Positions 38,797 to 49,844 are shown, numbered from the stretch's first letter. The stretch is 51,350 nucleotides of DNA from Bradyrhizobium sp. (GCA_035295025.1 DATGJS010000120.1:1-51350); one strand, 5' to 3'. Program-made: numbers and translations. Notes: generated by a model from the letters alone, not told the origin.

Positions 38797-40050
38797 ATGG
38801 CGGCGACATCGCGCCGAGGACATATCACGCGGCGGCCAAAGAAAGGTCGCCTAAGAAAGCGCGCCGTCCGCAAGGCGTCCAAACCCATGGCGAAGACCGC
38901 GGCCAAGACCACCGCGCCCGGTATGGTCGAGACGGCGCTGGCGGCCTTTGCCCATGAGGTTCGCACCCCCCTGACCGGCATTCTCGCGATCAGCGATTTG
39001 CTGGCGACATCTGACCTTGGTGAACGCGAGCGGCGCTGGGTGGATACCATCAAGGCCGGCGCCGAACATTTAGCGAGCCTGGCGACGCTCTTTGTCGATG
39101 CGGCCAAAAGCGGCCATTCGGCGTTCGGCATTCGGCAGGATTTATTCGATCTGCGCTCGCTGGCGCACCATGCGGGCGATTCGCTCGCCGGGCGGGCCAT
39201 GGCCAAGGGCTTGCAGGCGCGGGTCGCGATTGCGCAAGGTCTGCCCGCCTTCGTGGTCGGCGATCCCGTTCGCCTGCGGGCGGCCCTGGAAAATTTGATC
39301 GACAACGCCACCAAATTCACCGAGCGAGGCGTCGTCGGGCTGACAGTGCGCCGGACCCGTGGGGCCAAGGGTAAGGTCGGCGTCGCCTTTGCCGTTTCCG
39401 ACAGCGGCATTGGTCTTACGTTGAAGGAAATCAAACGGCTGTTTCGTCCCTTTTCGCAGGCCAATGTGAAGATCGCGGCCCGCTTCGGCGGCGCAGGTCT
39501 TGGTCTGTCATCGGTCAAGCAACTCGCTTGCGCGATGGGGGGCGATATCGCCGTGGCGCCGCGGCGCGGCGGCGGGGCCACGTTTACGTTGACCGTTTTG
39601 CTCGAACGGGCCGAGGCCTCGGCGGTGGCGGACTTGGTTCCAAATGCCGCCCGCCCGCCAAACCGCGCGCGGGGCTTGCGCATTCTCAGCGTCGAAGACA
39701 ACCCATTCGGTCGCGTGGTGCTCAACGCGGTGTTGACCGAGCTTGGCCATCAGGCGGAATTCATCGGCCGGGGCGAGGAGGCGCCCCAGCGCATCCTGCA
39801 AGGCGGTTTTGATGCGGTGTTGATGGATATGGTGCTTCCCGGCATCGATGGCATCGCGGCGATCCGGGCAATCCGCGCGCTTGCCCCGCCATGCGGCAAC
39901 ATGGCGATCATCGGGGTATCGGGGCGCGGTGACGATGAGGTGGCCGCGCGCGCGGCGGGGGCGGATGCCTTTCTGGTTAAGCCCGTGTCTCCGAGGGCTC
40001 TAGCGACTGCGCTGCTTGAAGCGATACGCCGTGGGGCAGGCGCGACTTGA
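38797..40050 (+). CDS. Hybrid histidine kinase/response regulator without a sensor domain
   Basis: H box AHEVRTPL, N box ENLIDNA, DSGIG, GGAGLGL; receiver VEDN..LMD..KP. Confidence 0.9.
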   Translation: MAATSRRGHITRRPKKGRLRKRAVRKASKPMAKTAAKTTAPGMVETALAAFAHEVRTPLTGILAISDLLATSDLGERERRWVDTIKAGAEHLASLATLFVDAAKSGHSAFGIRQDLFDLRSLAHHAGDSLAGRAMAKGLQARVAIAQGLPAFVVGDPVRLRAALENLIDNATKFTERGVVGLTVRRTRGAKGKVGVAFAVSDSGIGLTLKEIKRLFRPFSQANVKIAARFGGAGLGLSSVKQLACAMGGDIAVAPRRGGGATFTLTVLLERAEASAVADLVPNAARPPNRARGLRILSVEDNPFGRVVLNAVLTELGHQAEFIGRGEEAPQRILQGGFDAVLMDMVLPGIDGIAAIRAIRALAPPCGNMAIIGVSGRGDDEVAARAAGADAFLVKPVSPRALATALLEAIRRGAGAT

Positions 40051-40870
40051 TGATCGCGGCGTTGAGTTCGCCGCCATAGACGAAGATCGCGGCCAGGAAA
40101 TACAGAAACACCAGTGCGATGATGACGGAGGCGAGGCCGGCATACATCGTGACGTAATTATTGGCGAAACGCGCGAGATATTGCCCGAACACGATGCCCG
40201 ACATCATCGAAGCCACCAACGTGAAGATGATGCCCGGCAGGATTTGCAAAAAACTCCGGCGCCCGGCGGGAAGCCGGGCATGCAGGACGAACAATGCAAC
40301 CACGAGCGCCAGAATCGTGATGCCATAACGGGCGAAATTGAGAAAACTCTCGTTGGTTTCAACGATCATCGGAATATGACGGCGCGCCGCTTCCAGCATC
40401 AATGGCCCGAGCACGATCAAAAACGCCATCGCCAGCGAGGTGAAAGCCGCAAGGAGCGTGTAGCCGATCGATTCAAGCCGCAGCCAATACCATCGCCGTG
40501 GCTCGATCACCGCATAGGCGCGGTTGAGCGCGACGCGAAGCGCCTCAACACCGTTCGAGGCGAAATAGACCGCAAGCACCGCGCCGATGGTCAGAATGTC
40601 GCCGCGGGCGGTGGTCAAGACATCGTGGATTTCTCCTGACAGCGAATCGGCGACCTGCTTCGGCCAGACCTGAAGCAAAAGCCCCACCGCCTGATCGGCG
40701 AGTTCCTTCGAGCCGAAAAAACCGGCCAGCGACGTCAGCACGATCAGGAACGGAAACAGCGCCATCAAGGTCGACAAAGCGATGTGACTGGCGATCGCCC
40801 AGCCGTCATCGGCCAGAAACGTGTAGAACGCGTCGATGCCGACGTGAAAAATGTAGCGAATCTGGCGCAA
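39977..40870 (-). CDS. YihY/BrkB family membrane protein
   Basis: ALFPFLI, ALNRAY, PG, YAGLASVII, GGELNA. Confidence 0.9.
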   Translation of the reverse strand: MRQIRYIFHVGIDAFYTFLADDGWAIASHIALSTLMALFPFLIVLTSLAGFFGSKELADQAVGLLLQVWPKQVADSLSGEIHDVLTTARGDILTIGAVLAVYFASNGVEALRVALNRAYAVIEPRRWYWLRLESIGYTLLAAFTSLAMAFLIVLGPLMLEAARRHIPMIVETNESFLNFARYGITILALVVALFVLHARLPAGRRSFLQILPGIIFTLVASMMSGIVFGQYLARFANNYVTMYAGLASVIIALVFLYFLAAIFVYGGELNAAIIKSRLPHGVSLQAAQSLEPSETRA

Positions 40871-40925
40871 CGCGGCCTCTGTGGAAAGCGGACCGAACTA
40901 CTTTCTGATATTATGCCGCCAAAAG

Positions 40926-40991
40926 CTAGTGGAGTGGATTTGACATTCGCCACAGGCCTTGCCACGCCCTCGCAAAGCGAATGTCAAATTC
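40926..40991. repeat. Inverted-repeat element between divergent genes
   Basis: 13-bp perfect IR ATTTGACATTCGC (40938-40950) / GCGAATGTCAAAT (40977-40989), preceded by CTAG. Confidence 0.7.
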
Positions 40992-41051
40992 AAAAACCTG
41001 ACGGGCAAGCCGGTAATGGCGCATCCGTCGATGTGGTATTATGGAGGGCCG

Positions 41052-41246
41052 ATGGCTTCATTCCTCAGTACGTTCATTCTTCCTCTGGCGGTGGCCGCGG
41101 TCGCTTTTGTGTTGCTGCTCGGACTCATCAACATGATGCGCGGCGGTTCGCCGAACCGTTCCCAAAAATTGATGCGGTTGCGGGTGTTGCTCCAGTTCGC
41201 GGCCATCGTCCTCATCATGTTCACCGTCTGGGTGACGGCCCGTTAA
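41052..41246 (+). CDS. Twin transmembrane helix small protein (HIG1-like)
   Basis: SQKLMRLRVLLQF motif between two TM segments; GGAGGG RBS. Confidence 0.85.
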   Translation: MASFLSTFILPLAVAAVAFVLLLGLINMMRGGSPNRSQKLMRLRVLLQFAAIVLIMFTVWVTAR

Positions 41247-41292
41247 TTTTTAGAAAAGCGTGGCTGCAAAGTGGCTGCACAGGAGACGGACC

Positions 41293-41865
41293 ATGGTCGT
41301 CCTCAACCGCATCTATACCCGCACCGGCGATGATGGCACCACCGCGCTCGGCAGCGGCGAACGCCGTCCGAAATATGATTTGCGCATCGCGGCCTATGGG
41401 ACGGTCGATGAGGTCAATGCCGCGCTCGGCATCGTGCGGCTGCATCTGGCGGACGCGGCGGAACTCGATGCCATGCTGGGATTGATCCAGAACGATCTGT
41501 TCGATCTCGGCGCCGATCTTGCGGTGCCCCAGCGCGAGGGCAAGGCGGAGCGCTTGCGCGTGTTGTCGAGCCAGGTCGAGCGATTGGAGCGTGATATCGA
41601 TCGATTAAACGCGGCGCTTCAGCCCCTTAATTCGTTTGTTTTGCCCGGCGGCACGCCGGCCGCGGCCCATTTGCATCTCGCGCGCACCCTATGCCGCCGG
41701 GCGGAGCGGATGGTGGTGGAACTCGCGGCCAATCCCGATGAGCCCGTGGGCGCCGCGGTCCTTCAATATATGAACCGCCTGTCGGACTTTCTGTTCGTTG
41801 CGAGCCGCACCGCCAACCATAACGGCGCGGGCGATGTGTTGTGGGTGCCGGGGCAGAACCGCTGA
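41293..41865 (+). CDS. ATP:cob(I)alamin adenosyltransferase (PduO type)
   Basis: IYTRTGDDGTT, AYGTVDE, QNDLFDLG, FVLPGG, RRAER, NRLSD. Confidence 0.95.
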   Translation: MVVLNRIYTRTGDDGTTALGSGERRPKYDLRIAAYGTVDEVNAALGIVRLHLADAAELDAMLGLIQNDLFDLGADLAVPQREGKAERLRVLSSQVERLERDIDRLNAALQPLNSFVLPGGTPAAAHLHLARTLCRRAERMVVELAANPDEPVGAAVLQYMNRLSDFLFVASRTANHNGAGDVLWVPGQNR

Positions 41866-41900
41866 TCGGAGCCTGATGCGGCGATTTTTGGCCCCTAGCG

Positions 41901-41929
41901 TTGACCGGGGTGGGCGGGCGCTTTAGGTT
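41901..41929 (+). promoter_or_regulatory. Sigma70-type promoter of etfBA
   Basis: TTGACC-N17-TAGGTT about 50 bp upstream of etfB. Confidence 0.55.
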
Positions 41930-41976
41930 CCGCGCCCTAAGCCATGAAACCCTGGTGTTACAGCGAAAGAGGATCG

Positions 41977-42726
41977 ATGAAGGTTCTGGTGCCGGTAAAA
42001 CGGGTGGTCGATTACAACGTTAAAGTCCGCGTCAAAAGCGATGGAACCGGCGTTGAGCTGTCCAATGTGAAAATGTCGATGAATCCGTTCGACGAGATCG
42101 CCGTGGAAGAAGCCTTGCGCCTGAAGGAGGCCGGCAAGGCGACCGAAGTGGTGGTGGTGTCGATCGGGCCGGCCCAGGCTTCAGAGACCATCCGGACCGG
42201 CCTTGCCATGGGCGCCGACCGTGGCATCCTGGTCAAGGCGGAAGGCAATGTCGAACCGCTGGCGGTGGCGAAAATTCTCAAAGCGGTCACCGATGAAGAA
42301 CAACCGGGTCTTGTCATTCTCGGCAAGCAGGCGATCGACGACGACTCAAACCAGACCGGACAGATGCTGGCGGCGTTGCTCGGATGGTCGCAGGCGACCT
42401 TTGCCTCCAAACTCGAGGTCGATGGTTCCGATTTCAAGGTGACGCGCGAGGTCGATGGCGGCTTGCAGACCGTGAAACTGAAGGGACCTGCGATCGTCAC
42501 CACCGACTTGCGGCTGAACGAGCCGCGCTATGCCAGCCTGCCCAATATCATGAAGGCCAAGAAGAAGCCGATCGCCGAGAAAACCGCGTCGGATTATGGT
42601 GTGGATCTCACGCCGCGTCTTGAGATCCTCAAGACCTCCGAACCGCCGGGCCGCAAGGGAGGCGTCAAGGTCAAGGACGTCACGGAGCTGGTATCGAAGC
42701 TCAAGACCGAAGCGGGGGTTTTTTAG
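41977..42726 (+). CDS. etfB: Electron transfer flavoprotein beta subunit
   Basis: [35 protein letters not shown]. Confidence 0.97.
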   Translation: MKVLVPVKRVVDYNVKVRVKSDGTGVELSNVKMSMNPFDEIAVEEALRLKEAGKATEVVVVSIGPAQASETIRTGLAMGADRGILVKAEGNVEPLAVAKILKAVTDEEQPGLVILGKQAIDDDSNQTGQMLAALLGWSQATFASKLEVDGSDFKVTREVDGGLQTVKLKGPAIVTTDLRLNEPRYASLPNIMKAKKKPIAEKTASDYGVDLTPRLEILKTSEPPGRKGGVKVKDVTELVSKLKTEAGVF

Positions 42727-42728
42727 AG

Positions 42729-43673
42729 ATGACCACGCTATTGATCGCCGAACACGACAACGCATCGATCAAGGATGCCACCAACAAGGCGCTGACGGCG
42801 GCTTTGGCGCTTGGCGGTGAGGTGCATGTTTTGGTCGCGGGCGAAAACGCCAAGGCGGCCGCCGAGGCGGCGGCGAAATTGTCCGGCGTCAAGAAAGTAT
42901 TGCTCGCCGATAACGCCGCCTATGCGCATGATCTCGCCGAACCGTTTGCCGCCCTGATCGTCGCGCTTTCCGGAAGCTACGATGCGTTCGTCGCGCCGGC
43001 GACCTCGCGCTTTAAGAACGTGATGCCGCGCGTGGCCGCGCTGCTCGACGTGATGCAGGTGTCGGAAATCATCAAGGTGGTGGCGCTCGATACGTTCGAG
43101 CGGCCGATCTATGCCGGCAACGCCATCCAGACCGTCAAATCGAAAGATACCAAGAAGGTCATCACGGTTAGGACCTCGACCTTTGCGGCCACCGGCGATG
43201 GCGGGAATGCCGTGGTGGAAAATGCCGCGGCCGCCGCCGATCCCGGCCTCTCAAGCTTTGTCGGCGAGGAGGTCGCCAAAAGCGACCGTCCCGAATTGAC
43301 CTCGGCCAAGATCATCGTCTCCGGCGGCCGCGCCATGCAAAGCCGCGAAAATTTCACCAAATATATCGAACCGCTGGCCGACAAGCTTGGCGCGGCCGTC
43401 GGCGCCTCGCGCGCCGCGGTCGATGCCGGTTACGCGCCCAATGATTGGCAGGTCGGTCAGACCGGCAAGGTGGTGGCGCCCGAACTTTATGTCGCGATCG
43501 GCATTTCAGGCGCAATCCAACATCTCGCCGGCATGAAGGATTCCAAGGTGATCGTGGCGATCAACAAGGATGAGGATGCGCCGATCTTTCAGGTTGCCGA
43601 TTACGGCCTGGTGGCCGATCTGTATCAGGTGGTCCCGGAATTGACCGAGGCGATCGGCAAACTCGGAAAATGA
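42729..43673 (+). CDS. etfA: Electron transfer flavoprotein alpha subunit
   Basis: [42 protein letters not shown]. Confidence 0.97.
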   Translation: MTTLLIAEHDNASIKDATNKALTAALALGGEVHVLVAGENAKAAAEAAAKLSGVKKVLLADNAAYAHDLAEPFAALIVALSGSYDAFVAPATSRFKNVMPRVAALLDVMQVSEIIKVVALDTFERPIYAGNAIQTVKSKDTKKVITVRTSTFAATGDGGNAVVENAAAAADPGLSSFVGEEVAKSDRPELTSAKIIVSGGRAMQSRENFTKYIEPLADKLGAAVGASRAAVDAGYAPNDWQVGQTGKVVAPELYVAIGISGAIQHLAGMKDSKVIVAINKDEDAPIFQVADYGLVADLYQVVPELTEAIGKLGK

Positions 43674-43692
43674 GCACGGGTGAAATGACGAG

Positions 43693-44574
43693 ATGGCGGT
43701 CATGATAAAAAAAGTCGGCGTGATCGGTTCGGGCCAAATGGGCAATGGCATCGCGCATGTCGCGGCGCTGGCCGGCTTCGATGTGATGCTCAGCGACGTG
43801 GCCGCCGATCGCTTGAAATCGGGCATGGCTACCATCAACGGCAATTTGTCGCGCCAGGTCGCCAAGAGCATCATCACCGATGATGTCCGCAAACAGGCGC
43901 TGGAGCGGATTTCGTCCGCCGAATCGATCGATGGCCTTGCCGACTGCGATCTCGTGATCGAGACCGCGGTCGAGAAGGAAGAGGTGAAACGAAAGATCTT
44001 TCACGACGTTTGCGCGGTTCTAAAGCCGAGCGCCATCGTCGCCTCCAACACCTCTTCGATTTCGATTACGCGGCTGGCCGCTTCCACCGATCGCCCCGAA
44101 CGGTTCATCGGCATCCACTTCATGAATCCGGTGCCGGTGATGGAGCTGGTCGAGTTGATCCGCGGCATCGCCACCGATGACGCGACCTTCGATACGGCGA
44201 GGGATTTCGTCACCAAGCTTGGCAAGCAAATCGCGGTGTCGGAGGATTTCCCGGCCTTCATCGTCAACCGCATTTTGCTGCCGATGATCAATGAGGCGAT
44301 CTATACGCTTTATGAAGGCGTCGGGAATGTCGAAGCGATCGACGCGGCGATGAAGTTAGGAGCCCATCACCCGATGGGGCCGTTGGAACTCGCCGATTTC
44401 ATCGGTCTGGATACTTGTCTGTCGATCATGCAGGTGCTGCATGAGGGGCTTGCTGATTCCAAATATCGCCCATGCCCGCTGCTCGTGAAGTATGTCGAGG
44501 CTGGGTGGCTCGGCCGCAAAACCCAGCGCGGTTTCTACGATTACCGCGGCGACAAGCCGATGCCGACGCGATAA
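43693..44574 (+). CDS. hbd: 3-hydroxybutyryl-CoA dehydrogenase
   Basis: GSGQMGNG, ASNTSS, GIHFMNP, FIVNR, PMGPL..D.IGLD. Confidence 0.93.
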   Translation: MAVMIKKVGVIGSGQMGNGIAHVAALAGFDVMLSDVAADRLKSGMATINGNLSRQVAKSIITDDVRKQALERISSAESIDGLADCDLVIETAVEKEEVKRKIFHDVCAVLKPSAIVASNTSSISITRLAASTDRPERFIGIHFMNPVPVMELVELIRGIATDDATFDTARDFVTKLGKQIAVSEDFPAFIVNRILLPMINEAIYTLYEGVGNVEAIDAAMKLGAHHPMGPLELADFIGLDTCLSIMQVLHEGLADSKYRPCPLLVKYVEAGWLGRKTQRGFYDYRGDKPMPTR

Positions 44575-44695
44575 CACATGATCGTGAACTTTGGCGCGGG
44601 CGATTTCATACCCGCCTGTTTTGCGCGATCCAGCATTTATTAACCCCTTTCCGGATAGGTTGCCGATGTGGACCTATCATAGGGAGGAGGGACAT

Positions 44696-44893
44696 ATGAG
44701 CGTATCGAGTTTGGCCAGCAGCATTCTGTCGGCTCAGGCGGGGAACACACAGCAGCAGATCGCAACCGCCGTCTTGAAATCGAATATCGATTCCGAGAAA
44801 AATACGGTTCTGACCATTCTGGGAGCTGAAACCGCCCCATCGGTTGCCAATGCCGGTCCTGGTGTCGGCGGCAATATCAACGTTTCGGCCTGA
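44696..44893 (+). CDS. Small protein resembling the YjfB putative motility family
   Basis: Strong GGAGGAGG RBS; QQQIATAVLK and a C-terminal GVGGNINVSA pattern. Confidence 0.65.
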   Translation: MSVSSLASSILSAQAGNTQQQIATAVLKSNIDSEKNTVLTILGAETAPSVANAGPGVGGNINVSA

Positions 44894-45044
44894 CCCTCTT
44901 CCATCATCCTTCTTGAACGAACGCCGTGAACGGGCCCGGAATGGCCCGCCCCGCGGCGTTGACGTTTTTTGCCGAAATGACGGCATTGCCCTGTTTTGTC
45001 GCATGCGATAGCGAGGAGGCCTCTCCAAGCACCAAGGGCATCCA

Positions 45045-45881
45045 ATGAAGTTTGTAAGTTTCAAGATCAACGGCGTCATGAGCTGGGGCCTCGTCGAAGG
45101 CGGCGAAGTGGCCGATCTCGGAGGCCGCTTCCTCGATCTGAAATCCGCCATTGCCGCCAACGCGCTGGCCGAGGCGGCCAAGGCCGCCGTCAAGGCGCCC
45201 CGGCACCCGCTCGCCAAAATCACCTGGCTGCCGGTGATTCCTAACCCGGACAAGATTCTCTGCATCGGCCTCAATTACGAAAACCACCGTCAAGAAACCG
45301 GCCGCGACGAGGTCGCCAACCCCACGGTTTTTGGCCGTTTCGCCAACAGCCAGACTGGCCATCTCACCGACATCATCCGTCCGAAGGTGTCGAAAGACCT
45401 CGATTTCGAGGGCGAATTGGCCCTCATCATCGGTAAGCCCGGCCGCTACATTTCACGACAGGATTCGTGGGGGCACATCGCGGGATATGCTTGTTACAAC
45501 GAAGGCAGCGTGCGTGATTATCAACGCCATACCCATCAATTCACGCCCGGAAAGAATTTCCCCAATACCGGGGCGTTCGGTCCCTGGATGGTGACGCCGG
45601 ATGAAGCCGGCGAGCTCGGACCGTTGCGGCTGCAAACTCGCCTCAATGGCCAAGTGGTTCAGGATACGACCATCAGCCAGATGATTTTCGATATCCCGCG
45701 CCAGATCGAATATTGCTCGGCGTTTACCCGGCTTGAGCCCGGCGATGTCATCGTAACGGGCACGCCGGGCGGTGTCGGCTCCCGCCGTACCCCGCCTTTG
45801 TGGATGAAGCCGGGCGATGTCGTTGAGGTCGAAATCGATCGAATCGGGCTGTTGCGCAACGGTATTGCCGACGAAGCGTGA
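45045..45881 (+). CDS. Fumarylacetoacetate hydrolase family protein
   Basis: CIGLNY, DFEGEL, NEGSVRD, GKNF, GDVIVTGTPGGVG. Confidence 0.93.
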   Translation: MKFVSFKINGVMSWGLVEGGEVADLGGRFLDLKSAIAANALAEAAKAAVKAPRHPLAKITWLPVIPNPDKILCIGLNYENHRQETGRDEVANPTVFGRFANSQTGHLTDIIRPKVSKDLDFEGELALIIGKPGRYISRQDSWGHIAGYACYNEGSVRDYQRHTHQFTPGKNFPNTGAFGPWMVTPDEAGELGPLRLQTRLNGQVVQDTTISQMIFDIPRQIEYCSAFTRLEPGDVIVTGTPGGVGSRRTPPLWMKPGDVVEVEIDRIGLLRNGIADEA

Positions 45882-45906
45882 AGACGCGCTCTCCGTGCCT
45901 TAAGGT

Positions 45907-46587
45907 CTATGATCGCGGCGGCGCCGTCGCCGCCGTGATCAGCTTCAGCGCATCGTCGCTGTCCCATTCGGCCGGACCCGCGATGGTGGCGATCTCGCAG
46001 CCCTGGCCGTCGATCAGGACCGAGGTCGGCATGCCCAAGGCTCGGCCTATGGCTTTAAGATCCTGAAAAACCTTGGCTTTCCCGTCGTTAAAATAGCCGA
46101 GCCGATTCAGTTGCGCGTCTTTGAGGAAATTCCTGGGTTTTTCGGGATCGCGGGTGTCGATATTGATCGCGACCACCTCGAAATCCTTAGCCCCGAGCTT
46201 GGCTTGCAGGCGGTCGAGGGCCGGCATTTCCTTCCGGCAAGGCACGCACCAGGTCGCCCACAAATTCACCAGCACAATGCGGCCGCGCCACTCCGACAGC
46301 TTTCTGGGCTTGCCGTCGGCATCGTCAAAAGCAAGGTCCGGCAGCCGCAAGGGAGCGTTCGCCATGGTGAGCGCGGCGATCTCCCCATGCGCCAGCGGGG
46401 CGATTTTGCGCGAAACGTCCACCGCGGCCGCGCAGGTGGAATCCCCGCCTGCGTGGCGCGGGAGCTTTCCAAACCCGTATACCCCAAAATATCCAAGCAC
46501 GGCTCCGATCAGCACCGCGCCGACAACATAGGGAATCCGGCCTATCGGAGCCGGGGATGGGGAGCGTTCGGGCATATCGTTTGTCAT
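45907..46587 (-). CDS. tlpA: Membrane-anchored thioredoxin TlpA
   Basis: N-terminal TM segment, [25 protein letters not shown]; divergent from argH. Confidence 0.9.
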   Translation of the reverse strand: MTNDMPERSPSPAPIGRIPYVVGAVLIGAVLGYFGVYGFGKLPRHAGGDSTCAAAVDVSRKIAPLAHGEIAALTMANAPLRLPDLAFDDADGKPRKLSEWRGRIVLVNLWATWCVPCRKEMPALDRLQAKLGAKDFEVVAINIDTRDPEKPRNFLKDAQLNRLGYFNDGKAKVFQDLKAIGRALGMPTSVLIDGQGCEIATIAGPAEWDSDDALKLITAATAPPRS

Positions 46588-46663
46588 TCCATACCAGATA
46601 CGGTTATTGGATTGTGCTCAGCATGCGACGGGCACTGATAGCGGCGGACAAGAGTCATTGGTC

Positions 46664-48055
46664 ATGAGCAATAAAATGTGGGGCGGCCGGTTTACCGAGC
46701 GTCCAGACGCGATCATGGAGGAAATCAACGTCTCCATCGACGTTGACCGACACCTTTATGCCCAGGACATCGCCGCGTCCAAGGCCCATGCCGCCATGCT
46801 GTCGGCGCAAGGCATCATCACGGCCAACGATGCGAAAAATATCGCCAGGGGTCTAGACACGATTTTGTCAGAGATCGACGGCGGATCGTTCGATTTCAAG
46901 CGCGCGCTTGAAGACATTCACATGAATATCGAAAGCCGGCTTGCCGATTTAATCGGACCCGCGGCCGGGCGGCTGCACACCGCGCGTTCGCGCAACGACC
47001 AGGTCGCCACCGATTTCCGCCTGTTCGTGCGTGACACGATCGACGAGGTGGATGCGGCGCTGGCCTCATTCCAGCACGCGCTGGCGGAACGCGCGCGGGA
47101 GCACGCCGCAACAGTGATGCCGGGTTTCACTCATTTGCAAACCGCCCAACCGGTCACGTTCGGCCATCATCTGCTCGCTTATGTCGAAATGGCCGCGCGC
47201 GATCGGGGCCGCTTCGCGGGAGCGCGCAAACGTCTCAACGAATCGCCGCTCGGTGCGGCGGCGCTTGCCGGCACCTCGTTTCCGATTGATCGCGCGGCAA
47301 CCGCCAAAGCGCTCGGTTTCGATCGCCCGATGGCCAATTCGCTCGATGCGGTTTCCGACCGCGATTTTGTCATCGAGACGCTGTCGGCGGCTTCGATCGC
47401 ATCGGTGCATCTGTCGCGCTTTGCCGAGGAGATCGTGATCTGGACCTCACCACTGGTGGGGCTGGTGCGGCTCTCCGACAAATTCACCACCGGCTCCTCG
47501 ATCATGCCGCAGAAGCGCAATCCCGATGCGGCCGAACTCGTGCGCGCCAAGACCGGTAAGGTGATCGGCGCGCTCAACGGATTGTTGATCGTGATGAAAG
47601 GGCTGCCGCTCGCCTATCAAAAGGATATGCAGGAGGACAAACAAGGCGCGATGGAAGCCTTCGGCGCCTTGTCATTGGCGATCCGGGCGATGACCGGCAT
47701 GGTGCTCGACCTCGTGCCGGATGAGGCGCGGATGAAACATGCGGCCGGCGAGGGTTATGCCACCGCGACCGATCTCGCGGATTGGCTGGTGCGAACGCTG
47801 AAAATGCCGTTCCGCGATGCCCATCACGTCACGGGGCGGATCGTCGCGAAAGCGTCCGCCGACGGTCTTGCTTTGCATGAGCTGCCGTTGAGCGCGATGC
47901 AGGCGATCGAGCCGAAGATCACCAAGGAGGCGCTGGCGGTGCTGTCGGTCGAAGCGTCGGTCAAGAGCCGCACGAGCTTCGGCGGCACGGCGCCCAAGAA
48001 TGTGGCGGCGCAGGCCAAGGCTTGGCTCAAACGATTGGAAAAAGAGCGAAAGTAG
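46664..48055 (+). CDS. argH: Argininosuccinate lyase
   Basis: [36 protein letters not shown]. Confidence 0.97.
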   Translation: MSNKMWGGRFTERPDAIMEEINVSIDVDRHLYAQDIAASKAHAAMLSAQGIITANDAKNIARGLDTILSEIDGGSFDFKRALEDIHMNIESRLADLIGPAAGRLHTARSRNDQVATDFRLFVRDTIDEVDAALASFQHALAERAREHAATVMPGFTHLQTAQPVTFGHHLLAYVEMAARDRGRFAGARKRLNESPLGAAALAGTSFPIDRAATAKALGFDRPMANSLDAVSDRDFVIETLSAASIASVHLSRFAEEIVIWTSPLVGLVRLSDKFTTGSSIMPQKRNPDAAELVRAKTGKVIGALNGLLIVMKGLPLAYQKDMQEDKQGAMEAFGALSLAIRAMTGMVLDLVPDEARMKHAAGEGYATATDLADWLVRTLKMPFRDAHHVTGRIVAKASADGLALHELPLSAMQAIEPKITKEALAVLSVEASVKSRTSFGGTAPKNVAAQAKAWLKRLEKERK

Positions 48056-48153
48056 GGCTGACCGGCGGTTCCTATTTGGAAATTGAGCGTTTCCTAGGTC
48101 TCGCCAGAGCCGATCAATCTTTGTATGGTGCGGCCCGCATTGGGGATTTTGAC

Positions 48154-48432
48154 GTGACTTGTGATAACAGCCCAAATTATCGCTGGGCTCTCATCCTGTT
48201 GGGCGCCGCCGCCTTGGTGCTTGCCGGTTGCGGCCGCAAGGGACCGCTCGATTTGCCGCCGACCGCCTCGGCGCAACCGCCGGCGGCGGCCGTCCAGCCC
48301 GATCCGGCGGCGACCGCCGAGGCGAGCAAGCCGAGCCTGTTCAATTCGAACTATGGCAGCGATCAATTGCCGACCGCGGGCAAAGGGCCGAAACGGCCAT
48401 TCGCCCTCGATCCGCTTCTCAACAGCAATTAA
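48154..48432 (+). CDS. Small lipoprotein (YifL/LptM-like)
   Basis: LAG|CGRKGPLDLPP lipobox motif, directly upstream of lysA. Confidence 0.82.
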   Translation: MTCDNSPNYRWALILLGAAALVLAGCGRKGPLDLPPTASAQPPAAAVQPDPAATAEASKPSLFNSNYGSDQLPTAGKGPKRPFALDPLLNSN

Positions 48433-48495
48433 GCTTTGTGCGGTGGGTCTGACGTTCGCTAACGCGCTTTTCGAACCCCGCCTGGAACATCAACC

Positions 48496-49761
48496 ATGAA
48501 TCACTTCGATTATCGCAACGGCGTCCTTTACGCCGAGGCGGTGAGTGTGGAGCATCTCGCCGAATCGGTCGGAACGCCGTTTTATTGCTATTCGACCGCG
48601 ACGCTGGAGCGGCACTTCCGGGTGTTCGCTGATGCCTTTGCCGGCGAGCAGGCGCTTGTTTGCTATGCCCTCAAGGCCAATTCCAACCAATCCGTGCTGC
48701 GCACGCTGGCCAAGCTCGGCGCCGGTGCCGATGTGGTGTCGGGCGGGGAGTTGCAGCGGGCGCTCGCCGCCGGCATCGCGCCCGAGCGCATCGTCTTCTC
48801 CGGCGTCGGCAAGACCGAGGCCGAATTGCGCGCAGCCCTTGCCGCCGGCATTCTTTGCATCAATGTCGAATCCGAACCCGAACTTGAATTGCTGTCGCGC
48901 GTGGCGAGCGGGCAAGGGCAGACCGCGCGGATTTCAATTCGGGTCAACCCGGATGTCGATTCCGGCTCGCATGCGAAAATTTCCACCGGCAAGTCCGAGA
49001 ACAAATTCGGCATTCCGTTGACCGCTGCGCGCGCGGTTTACGCGCGGGCGGCAAAATTGCCCGGCATTCGCGTCACCGGGGTCGATGTGCATATCGGCAG
49101 CCAGATCACTGACCTCGTGCCGCTGGAGGCCGCGTTTCGCCTGCTCGGTGAGTTCGTGCAAACACTGCGCGGCGACGGCCACATCATCTCGCATGTCGAT
49201 TTCGGCGGCGGCCTCGGCATTCCCTATCATATGGACCGCGAGGCGCCTCCCTTGCCCTCGGCCTATGCGGCGATGGTGAAGCGAGTGACGCACAATCTCG
49301 GCTGCACGCTATTGTTCGAGCCGGGGCGGATGATTGTCGGCAATGCCGGCATTCTGGTCGCGCGCGTGATTTACGTGAAGCAGGGTGAAGCCCGGAATTT
49401 CGTCATCATCGATGCCGCGATGAACGATTTGATTCGCCCCACTTTGTATGAAGCCCATCACGATATTCTGCCGGTCCGCGCCGCGCCACACGGCGCGCCC
49501 AAGATCGTCGCCGACGTGGTCGGGCCGGTTTGCGAGAGCGGCGATTATCTCGCGCTCGGCCGCGAACTTTGCGAACCGAAGGCGGGCGACCTGCTCGCCA
49601 TCATGACCGCCGGCGCCTATGGCGCGGTGCAGGCCGGCACCTACAATACGCGGCCTTTGGTGCCGGAAGTGCTGGTCAAGGGCGATCAATATGCGTTGGT
49701 GCGCCCGCGCATCGAGGCCGAGGCGTTGATTGCGATGGATCGGCCGGCGCCGTGGCTGTGA
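48496..49761 (+). CDS. lysA: Diaminopimelate decarboxylase
   Basis: YALKAN (PLP Lys), HIGSQ, DFGGG, EPGR, GPVCESGD, GAYG. Confidence 0.97.
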   Translation: MNHFDYRNGVLYAEAVSVEHLAESVGTPFYCYSTATLERHFRVFADAFAGEQALVCYALKANSNQSVLRTLAKLGAGADVVSGGELQRALAAGIAPERIVFSGVGKTEAELRAALAAGILCINVESEPELELLSRVASGQGQTARISIRVNPDVDSGSHAKISTGKSENKFGIPLTAARAVYARAAKLPGIRVTGVDVHIGSQITDLVPLEAAFRLLGEFVQTLRGDGHIISHVDFGGGLGIPYHMDREAPPLPSAYAAMVKRVTHNLGCTLLFEPGRMIVGNAGILVARVIYVKQGEARNFVIIDAAMNDLIRPTLYEAHHDILPVRAAPHGAPKIVADVVGPVCESGDYLALGRELCEPKAGDLLAIMTAGAYGAVQAGTYNTRPLVPEVLVKGDQYALVRPRIEAEALIAMDRPAPWL

Positions 49762-49844
49762 CCCTTTTTTGCTCCTCCCCTTACGGGGGCTTTGCACAAT
49801 AGCGGCCTCCTGCACAAAAACTCAGAAGTCTGCACAAAAAGTCC

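Noticed and set aside
49790-49840. CRISPR array, or a definite Tn402/Tn5053 end (partial resemblance in TCAGAAG..CTGCAC)
   Set aside because: Repeats are 7-11 bp with ~10-bp gaps and there are no cas genes; no terminal TGT at the expected position, so no family was assigned
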